From Treponemataceae bacterium (GTDB taxonomy: Bacteria > Spirochaetota > Spirochaetia > Treponematales > Rectinemataceae), in NCBI GenBank assembly GCA_963667725.2, contig CAXXHO010000003.1:896001-960000 (forward strand): a stretch of DNA of 64,000 bases, in the 5' to 3' direction. Of this stretch, positions 57,294 through 64,000 are shown in pieces; the first letter of the stretch is position 1; each line of letters opens with the position of its first letter. The notes beneath the pieces were generated by a model that worked only from the letters and a program-made list of their open reading frames with translations, was not told the DNA's origin and did not search any database. Both the position numbers and the translations under genes were made by a program.

Positions 57294-58322
57294 ATGAGAA
57301 AGATTTTACCTGCTTTGTTCGCACTCGTAGGTCTGGCCGCCCTCGGCGCCCAGACTACCATCGATAAACCTGCCGCCACCATAAAACTGACCAAGCAGGA
57401 AGTCATCTCCGTCCGCCAGATCAAGACCGACGTCCAGCGTCTCGAAAAAGCCGCGGGCATCACCTTCACCGTCGAACAGATCAAGCAGGTTCTCGACGCG
57501 AGGATCAACAGTCTCCTTTTCGTCCAGTTCTGCGAAAGGGAGAAGATTTCCGTAAGCGATACCGATATCAGCAACGCCCTCGCGCAGATGAAGGCCAGTC
57601 TTGGGGCCAAGGCGACAGACGCGGATCTTGAAAGCCAGCTGAGGGCGAGCGGCGTCTTCGTCGAGCCGAAAGTATATGTCCGCCAGCGTCTTCTTTTCGA
57701 AACCTACGTCCAGACCAAGCGGAAGGACGAGCTGAAGGCCATTCTCGTCGCTCCCAGCGCCGACGAGATCCTCAAGGCCTACGATCTCGCGAAGGCTTCC
57801 CTCGTCCGCCCGGACACCATGAGGGTCAGCGTCCTCTATGTGGACACGAGGCTCAAGAGCGATGTCGACGCCAAGAAGGCCAAGGATACGCTGCAGTCGG
57901 TAGCCTCAGCGCTCAAGGTTAACCCCACGAAATTCGATGAGTACATGCTGAGATCGAGCGACGCGGCGGGGTACAAGTCCATACCCTCCCTCTATATAGA
58001 AAAGACCGCCCAGAACAAGAGCCTTTTCGGGGCCGATCTCTTCGATGTCGTCTTCAAGCTCAAGGCCGGCGATATCTCCGGCATGGTCGAGAGCCCCACT
58101 GGATACAGGATCGTGAGGGCCAACGAGTTCCTTCCGCAGAAGCAGCTGGGCCTGGCCGATCCTGTCCCGGGCAACCAGAACATGACAATTCAGCAGTTCA
58201 TCGCCTATCAGGTGGCTTCGGCGAAGGAAGCGCAGTTCATGGACAAGCTGGAAGCCGATCTCATCACGAAGCTAAGAGGCGAGGCTTCCATAAAGACCTT
58301 TGACGAAAATCTGAAATGGTAA
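57294..58322 (+). CDS. Periplasmic SurA/PrsA-like chaperone (parvulin-type PPIase)
   Basis: Signal peptide, SurA-N-like helices and 'VFKLKAGDISGMVESPTGYRIV'. Confidence 0.8.
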   Translation: MRKILPALFALVGLAALGAQTTIDKPAATIKLTKQEVISVRQIKTDVQRLEKAAGITFTVEQIKQVLDARINSLLFVQFCEREKISVSDTDISNALAQMKASLGAKATDADLESQLRASGVFVEPKVYVRQRLLFETYVQTKRKDELKAILVAPSADEILKAYDLAKASLVRPDTMRVSVLYVDTRLKSDVDAKKAKDTLQSVASALKVNPTKFDEYMLRSSDAAGYKSIPSLYIEKTAQNKSLFGADLFDVVFKLKAGDISGMVESPTGYRIVRANEFLPQKQLGLADPVPGNQNMTIQQFIAYQVASAKEAQFMDKLEADLITKLRGEASIKTFDENLKW

Positions 58323-58335
58323 AAAGAGGGAGCTG

Positions 58336-58791
58336 ATGGCTTCACGCAGGAAAGCAAGAATACTCGCTTTTCAGGCACTGTATGCCTGGGAAGCTTCCCG
58401 TTCGTCGCTCGACGATCTACTCAAATTCGCGTGGCTCGAGGCTTCGAAGGTCGAACAGCTCGAGGACGATACGGCCGCGTTCACGAGACTCATCATCGCG
58501 GGAACCCTCGAAAACATGGAAGAGATCGACGCGAGGATAAAGAAGCACTTGTCCCACTGGCCCTTCGAGAGACTCAAGAAAGTCGATCTGGCCATCTTGA
58601 GGATGGGGACGTATTGCCTCCTGTTCCAGGACGACATCCCCGCCCAGATCACGATCGACGAAGCCATCGAAATCGCCAAGGAATATGGTTCGGAAGATTC
58701 ATATAAATTCATCAACGGCGTACTGGACGGGATCCACAAGGATACAGGGCAGGGAGACTCCGGAGGGGGAAACCCAGACGCTAAGCGCTGA
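58336..58791 (+). CDS. nusB: Transcription antitermination factor NusB
   Basis: 'SRRKARILAFQALY', 'DLAILR', 'DEAIEIAK.Y' and 'FINGVLD'. Confidence 0.96.
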   Translation: MASRRKARILAFQALYAWEASRSSLDDLLKFAWLEASKVEQLEDDTAAFTRLIIAGTLENMEEIDARIKKHLSHWPFERLKKVDLAILRMGTYCLLFQDDIPAQITIDEAIEIAKEYGSEDSYKFINGVLDGIHKDTGQGDSGGGNPDAKR

Positions 58792-58800
58792 GGCAGGTAC

Positions 58801-59553
58801 ATGATCAGACTCAAGAACAAGGAACAGATTGAAGGCATACGCAAATCCTGCGTCCTCCTCTCCGAATTTCTCGAAAAGCTTCGCCCCATGGTGCAGCCCG
58901 GGGTAAGTCTTCTCGAACTCGACAAGTTCGCCTACGACTACACGATAAAGCGCGGAGGCAAGCCGGCCTTCCTCGACTACGAGGGCTATCCGGCTTCCAT
59001 CTGTCTTTCCGTCAACGAAACCGTCATCCATGGTATTCCCAGCAAACGCCGCCTCGTCGAGGGCGACATAATCGGCGCCGACTACGGCATCGAGCTGGAC
59101 GGCTATTTTTCCGATTCAGCGGTCACCTGGGCCGTCGGCAAGGTCAGCCCCGAGGCTGACCAGCTCATGAGGGTGACGAGAGAATGCCTGGACAAGGCCA
59201 TAGAGGCCGTCGTTCCCGGCGCCCGCATCCACGACATAGCCAGGGCTGTTTTCAGCCATGCCACGCGCTACGGCTACGGCGTCGTGCGCCAGTACTGCGG
59301 CCATGGCGTCGGCCTCGAAATGCACGAGGATCCGCAGATCCCCAATTATATCTCCAGCGGACCCAATCCGAGACTCCTTCCCGGCATGGTCATCGCCATC
59401 GAACCGATGATAAACGCGGGCAAGGGCGACGTGAAGGAACTGGCAGACGACTGGACGGTTGTGACGCTCGACGGGTCCCTGTCGGCGCATTATGAGCACA
59501 GCGTTCTTGTCACCGAGTCCGGTCACGAGGTTCTCACTTCCTGGACTTTCTAG
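58801..59553 (+). CDS. map: Methionine aminopeptidase type I
   Basis: 'CLSVNETVIHGIP', 'DGYFSDSA', 'GHGVG..MHEDP', 'IEPM' and 'SAHYEH'. Confidence 0.97.
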   Translation: MIRLKNKEQIEGIRKSCVLLSEFLEKLRPMVQPGVSLLELDKFAYDYTIKRGGKPAFLDYEGYPASICLSVNETVIHGIPSKRRLVEGDIIGADYGIELDGYFSDSAVTWAVGKVSPEADQLMRVTRECLDKAIEAVVPGARIHDIARAVFSHATRYGYGVVRQYCGHGVGLEMHEDPQIPNYISSGPNPRLLPGMVIAIEPMINAGKGDVKELADDWTVVTLDGSLSAHYEHSVLVTESGHEVLTSWTF

Positions 59554-59668
59554 TGAGCGTTGATTGTCATATAGCCTGATGCTTCCGCCTATTTGGCTGC
59601 TGTAACGAAAATCAGTATTTTATCTTTTAGTTAGTAGCACACTGGAAATCGCATCTCAGGAGAAGCAT

Positions 59669-61204
59669 ATGGCATTGAACAAAAAGCTCTACTCAAGAAA
59701 ATTTTTCATAGCGAACCTCATCATCTTGGGCGTGATCATCGGCTTCGTCTTCGCCTTCGTGGGCGGCCGATCCCTCGGCGGCGTTTCGCAGAAGTTGGTT
59801 TCGCTGCCGATAGTCGAGGCGGAAACGCCGAGCGTGCAGGTGACGCCCGAAATAGGCGCGGCCCTCTCCCAAGCCGAGGCTGTCCAGACCGCCTTCCGCT
59901 ATGTCGCCAACACCGTTCTGCCCTCGGTGGTGGAACTCGATGTCGTGGACAAAGTGTCGGATACCCCGAAAACCCAACCTAGCATCCCCTTCGAATTTTT
60001 CTTCGGTCCGCAGGAAACCATTCCCGACCAGAAGACGCCGAAATTTGGCCAGGAAGGCCTCGGATCGGGCGTCATCGTCAGGAAAACCGGCAAGACCGTC
60101 TACATCCTCACGAACAACCATGTGGCGGGCAACGCTGAGAAGATCACCGTCATAATGAGCGACGGCAGGGAATTCCCCGGCACACTTGTGGGAGCCGACG
60201 AGCGCAAGGATATCGCCCTCGTGAAGTTCGAAACGAGCGATCCCGATATCGTGGTAGCCAAGCTGGGCGATTCCTCGAAAATACAGGTAGGAGACTGGGC
60301 TATCGCCCTCGGCAGCCCGCTCGGCCTTGTGTCCTCGGTGACGGCGGGCATCGTGAGCGCCGTGGGCAGAAATGGTGGTCCGGACGGCAATATCAACGAT
60401 TTCATCCAGACAGACGCGGCCATCAACCAGGGCAACTCCGGCGGAGCCCTCGTCAACATCAGGGGCGAAGTCGTGGGCATCAATACATGGATAGCCACGC
60501 AGACCGGCGGCTCCGTGGGCCTGGGTTTCGCCATCCCCATCAACAACCTCAAAAGCGCGATCGACGATTTCATCCAGCACAAGACCGTCCGCTACGGCTG
60601 GCTCGGAGTGAGCCTCCTCGGCATCAACGGCGACAAGGCCACGGCCAAAGAGCTCGGCATAGAGGATAAGAAGGGCGCCTTTGTCGCTCATGTCTTCAAG
60701 AACGGCCCCGCCTACAACGGCGGCGTCCTGCCGGGCGACTTCATAACCGGCGTCGACGGGGCGGACGTGAAGTCCCAGGACGAGCTTGTCCGCAAGATCG
60801 GCGACATTCCCGCTGGATCCTCGGCAGTCATCGACCTGATCAGGGCGGGTAAGAAAATGAGCCTCAAGGTCAAGATCGATCTGCGCGACAAAACAGTCGC
60901 CAGCAACAACAAGGACCTCTATCCTGGCCTTTCGGTGATCTCACTTCAGTCGGAGTCCATCGACCAGACAAAGGTGCCGGAAAGCGCCAAGGGCGGCATC
61001 GCCGTAACCGACGTCATAGCCAAGAGTCCGGCTTCGGTGATGGGGCTCAAGGCTGGCGACATCATCATTAAGCTGAACGAGAAGAAGGTGGAAGGACTCA
61101 TCTGGTTCTACCAGCAGATCAACGACCCGAGCGTTAAAAAGCTGACCTTCACGGTGGTCCGCGACGAGCAGATAATCGATACCCTTGCTTTAAATAAAAA
61201 CTGA
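59669..61204 (+). CDS. degP: DegP/HtrA serine protease with two PDZ domains
   Basis: LTNNHV, DIAL and 'IQTDAAINQGNSGG' catalytic triad, followed by PDZ domains. Confidence 0.95.
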   Translation: MALNKKLYSRKFFIANLIILGVIIGFVFAFVGGRSLGGVSQKLVSLPIVEAETPSVQVTPEIGAALSQAEAVQTAFRYVANTVLPSVVELDVVDKVSDTPKTQPSIPFEFFFGPQETIPDQKTPKFGQEGLGSGVIVRKTGKTVYILTNNHVAGNAEKITVIMSDGREFPGTLVGADERKDIALVKFETSDPDIVVAKLGDSSKIQVGDWAIALGSPLGLVSSVTAGIVSAVGRNGGPDGNINDFIQTDAAINQGNSGGALVNIRGEVVGINTWIATQTGGSVGLGFAIPINNLKSAIDDFIQHKTVRYGWLGVSLLGINGDKATAKELGIEDKKGAFVAHVFKNGPAYNGGVLPGDFITGVDGADVKSQDELVRKIGDIPAGSSAVIDLIRAGKKMSLKVKIDLRDKTVASNNKDLYPGLSVISLQSESIDQTKVPESAKGGIAVTDVIAKSPASVMGLKAGDIIIKLNEKKVEGLIWFYQQINDPSVKKLTFTVVRDEQIIDTLALNKN

Positions 61205-61231
61205 TAGTATTATCCCATCTTCGCGATAACT

Positions 61232-61268
61232 GCTTGAAGCCCTGATTTTTCAGGGCTTCAAGCTTTTT
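61232..61268 (+). terminator. Intrinsic terminator after degP
   Basis: GCTTGAAGCCCTGA-TTTT-TCAGGGCTTCAAGC followed by TTTTT. Confidence 0.9.
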
Positions 61269-61320
61269 GACCATATGCGGTCCCCCTTGAGGAACGCGGA
61301 ATATTCTCCCGAGAGGCCCT

Positions 61321-61926
61321 ATGCACAAAGAATTCGTTCCCTACGACACCATCAGGAACAATGCCCTGAAGATGGCCTACCGTATCTACAAAGATGGATT
61401 CATCCCCGATATCATCTACGTGTCCCTGAGGGGCGGGGCCTATATGGGGAATGTCATAAGCGAGTATTTCAAGTTCATCACCGGCGAGACAAACCCCGTT
61501 TTCTACGCGGCTGTCGTCGCCCGCTCCTATACCGACGTGAGCACCCAGGAAGAGGTCAAGATCGACGGATGGACCTACAGTCCCGACCTCTTCCATGGAG
61601 GGGAAAAGGTGATGCTCGTCGACGACGTCTACGACTCGGGAAGGACCGTCAACTACCTCACCGAAGTGTTCATGCGAAAGGGCTTGCCGCGCGCCAACAT
61701 CAAGGTCGTCGTTCACGACTACAAGGTCCGCGAATACCTGCCCGACACCCATCCCATCCACCCCGATTACTGGTGCCGCAAGATCGAAGTGCCCACGCTG
61801 GAAGACGAGACCTGGATCCACTACATGAGCCACGAGCTTGTCGGCCTGTCGGCCGCCGAAGCCCAGAAGTACTATATCGACAAGGATCCCGAACTGGCCG
61901 AGGCCATGAAGCTCGTCACCGGCTGA
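61321..61926 (+). CDS. Type I phosphoribosyltransferase (purine salvage-like)
   Basis: 'LRGG' and the PRPP loop 'VMLVDDVYDSGRT'. Confidence 0.88.
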   Translation: MHKEFVPYDTIRNNALKMAYRIYKDGFIPDIIYVSLRGGAYMGNVISEYFKFITGETNPVFYAAVVARSYTDVSTQEEVKIDGWTYSPDLFHGGEKVMLVDDVYDSGRTVNYLTEVFMRKGLPRANIKVVVHDYKVREYLPDTHPIHPDYWCRKIEVPTLEDETWIHYMSHELVGLSAAEAQKYYIDKDPELAEAMKLVTG

Positions 61927-61947
61927 AAATTCAGGAAAAGAAACTGA

Positions 61948-61984
61948 AAAAGAGGGCGGCCCGCATCGCGGGCCGCCCTCTTTT
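61948..61984. terminator. Bidirectional intrinsic terminator
   Basis: AAAAGAGGGCGGCCCGC-ATC-GCGGGCCGCCCTCTTTT between convergent genes. Confidence 0.88.
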
Positions 61985-62005
61985 CATAGGTTCGGAATCG
62001 GGTTT

Positions 62006-63280
62006 TCAGATCGCCGTGCCGGCCGGCACGATCATGTTCTTGGGAATGACGATGACGCCGTCCACGACATAGTGCGTGGCGTATTCGCCCTCGGGCCGCG
62101 GCATGTCGTCGATGCCTATCCTGCAGTTGGGGCCTATCCTCGCGTTCTTGTCGATGATGGCTCGCCTCAGTATGCTTCCGCCGCCGATGCCGATGTTAGG
62201 AATCCCTTTCAGGGCGTTGGCCTTCTTATCCTCTTCCGTTTCATAGCGGTCGGCGCCCATGCATATCACGCCGTCGAGGCTCGCGCCCGACTCGATGATC
62301 GTGCGAATTCCCACGATGGAGCGCGATATGGACGCGTTGGTGATGATGCAGCCGTCGGTGGCCAATGCCTGGTTCAGCGTGCAGTAGTTGAGCTTGGACG
62401 CTGGAAGATTCCTGTTGTGCGTGAAAATCGGGTTGTCCTCGTCGTAGAAATTGAACTTCGGGTTGATGTCAGTCAGCTGGATATTCGCGTCGTAGAAGCT
62501 CTTGATCGTTCCGATATCTTCCCAGTAGCCGTCGAAAAGGTAGGCGTTGATTTTTTCCTTGGCGAGGATGTCGGGAATGACTTCCTTTCCGAAGTCGTTC
62601 GAGTCGCCGGCGAGGGCTTCTTCCATGAGGGAAGCGTCGAAGATGTAGATGCCCATGCTCGCGAGGTATTCATTTTCCGGCGCGGAGGATTTCGGGCGGA
62701 TCTCGTCGGGGAGCTTGAAATCCGAGATGTCCTTCGCTGGACCCGGCTTTTCCATGAAGGATTCGATCAGCGAATCCTTTCCCGTCTTGATGATGCCGAG
62801 GGCGCTCGCCGTAGTCCTGTCCACCATGGTGCCGGCGATCGTGAGCCTGGCCTTCGAGGCGAGATGTCTCCTGAACATGTCGCCCAAGTCCATCCTGTAG
62901 AGCTGGTCGCCCGATACGATGAGGTAATGGGTGGGGTTCTGCGGCCTGAAATGGATGAGGTTCTTGCGCACGGCGTCGGCCGTGCCCTCATACCAGCCCG
63001 AATGGACAGGGGTCTGCTCCGCGGCGAGGATTTCCACGAATCCGCTCGAGAACGTATCGAAATTGTAGGACTTGGCGATGTGCAGATGGAGGCTCGCGGA
63101 GTTGAACTGGGTGAGGATGTAAATCTTCTTGAAACCGGCGTTGATGCAGTTCGATATGGGAATATCGACGATGCGGAACTTGCCTCCGAAGGGAACGGCC
63201 GGCTTGGATCTTTCCTTGGTGAGGGGGAATAGACGAGTGCCTTTGCCGCCGCCAAGCACGATCGACAATACTTTCAGCAT
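62006..63280 (-). CDS. glgC: Glucose-1-phosphate adenylyltransferase
   Basis: 'GGGKGTRLFPLT', 'KPAVPFGG', 'GTADAVR', 'SMGIYIF', 'DFGKEVIP' and 'YWEDIGT'. Confidence 0.97.
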   Translation of the reverse strand: MLKVLSIVLGGGKGTRLFPLTKERSKPAVPFGGKFRIVDIPISNCINAGFKKIYILTQFNSASLHLHIAKSYNFDTFSSGFVEILAAEQTPVHSGWYEGTADAVRKNLIHFRPQNPTHYLIVSGDQLYRMDLGDMFRRHLASKARLTIAGTMVDRTTASALGIIKTGKDSLIESFMEKPGPAKDISDFKLPDEIRPKSSAPENEYLASMGIYIFDASLMEEALAGDSNDFGKEVIPDILAKEKINAYLFDGYWEDIGTIKSFYDANIQLTDINPKFNFYDEDNPIFTHNRNLPASKLNYCTLNQALATDGCIITNASISRSIVGIRTIIESGASLDGVICMGADRYETEEDKKANALKGIPNIGIGGGSILRRAIIDKNARIGPNCRIGIDDMPRPEGEYATHYVVDGVIVIPKNMIVPAGTAI

Positions 63281-63362
63281 GATGGCCCCTTTCGCGCGGG
63301 TGTGTTGAAAAATATATACACATCTGTTTACCTAAGCACCCAGCGCGTGTAAAGTATAGCTT

Positions 63363-64000
63363 ATGATGAAGAAACCCGCCACAGAATTTTGGGACTCTTT
63401 TCTCGCCTGGCTCGATGAGCAGGGGGAAGTGGCCTGGACCCGTACGCTGCGGCAGCGCTCGCCGAAACTCGCCGAACTGCCTGCCGATCTCGCTCCGCCT
63501 CTCGCCGCGGCCCTCGCCGCGAAGGGCATTTCGACTCTCTACACTCATCAGTCCGAATGCTACCGCATCGCCCGCTCCGGGCGGAATTTCGTCGTCGTCA
63601 CGCCTACGGCATCGGGAAAGACCCTCTGCTACAATCTCCCCGTGGTCCAAACCCTCTTGGAGAACCCCACCGCCCGCGCCCTCTATCTTTTTCCGACGAA
63701 AGCCCTCTCCCAAGACCAGCAGGCCGAGCTCAACGAAGTTGCCCTGGGCGGCGCTCTGCCCGTAAAAATACAGACCTACGACGGGGATACGCCATCTTCC
63801 CTCAGGACGGCGGCGCGGACCTCCGGCCGTATCGTCATCACGAATCCGGACATGCTCCACGCCGGGATTTTGCCCAACCACGCCAAGTGGATACAGTTCT
63901 TCTCCGGCCTGAAATATGTGGTCGTGGACGAAACGCACAGCTACAGGGGCGTTTTCGGCAGCCATGTGGGCAACGTGCTGAGGCGGCTCAAACGCATCGC
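63363..64000 (+). CDS. DEAD/DEAH helicase, MrfA/YprA (Hrq1-like) family; truncated by the window end
   Basis: Translated by hand: 'LYTHQ', '[14 protein letters not shown]', '[10 protein letters not shown]', 'YDGDTP', 'TNPDMLH' and '[13 protein letters not shown]'. Confidence 0.9.
   Translation, partial: MMKKPATEFWDSFLAWLDEQGEVAWTRTLRQRSPKLAELPADLAPPLAAALAAKGISTLYTHQSECYRIARSGRNFVVVTPTASGKTLCYNLPVVQTLLENPTARALYLFPTKALSQDQQAELNEVALGGALPVKIQTYDGDTPSSLRTAARTSGRIVITNPDMLHAGILPNHAKWIQFFSGLKYVVVDETHSYRGVFGSHVGNVLRRLKRI

Noticed and set aside
59634..59660. CIRCE-like TAGCAC upstream of degP
   Set aside because: Only a partial half-site with no GAGTGCTAA arm.
63363..64000. Helicase as a DISARM DrmB or other defence gene
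   Set aside because: Motifs fit the housekeeping MrfA/YprA repair helicase, upstream neighbours are core genes, and the downstream context is outside the window.

Overview
A GC-rich, densely coding bacterial chromosome segment, very probably from a free-living spirochaete (Treponema/Rectinema-like). This is inferred from the spirochaete-type GAPDH and PGK, a TP0733-like small outer-membrane barrel, many lipoproteins and the pgk-tpiA-secG-V/A-ATPase gene order. It is mostly core genome, about 60 CDS. Left part: radical SAM gene (truncated), DEAD-box helicase, RNase Z, a degenerate GGDEF membrane protein, MEMO1/AmmeMemoRadiSam-B, murD, a Liv-type ABC importer divergent from a two-gene Fe-S/FAD amino-acid oxidoreductase, an Rrf2-IscS-NifU-like operon, a clusterless MutY-like glycosylase, a D,D-carboxypeptidase and asnS. 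Middle: a caspase-family lipoprotein with a barrel-like partner, folC, a pseudo-HAD protein, a ~1.15 kb AT-rich islet with a decayed VanX/DdpX-like gene, rarA and PBP1A. Right: gap-pgk-cysE-tpiA-secG, a complete V/A-type ATP synthase operon with a USP gene, a J-domain protein, a SurA-like chaperone, nusB, map, degP, a phosphoribosyltransferase, glgC and a truncated MrfA/YprA-type helicase. I saw no rRNA, tRNA, CRISPR array, integrase or transposase, and no unambiguous new system. The best leads are the caspase-lipoprotein/barrel pair, candidate Rrf2 operators linking the Fe-S operon to a cysE inserted between pgk and tpiA, the multi-fused amino-acid dehydrogenase, and several pseudo-enzymes. 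All family calls come from motif recognition, not database searches.
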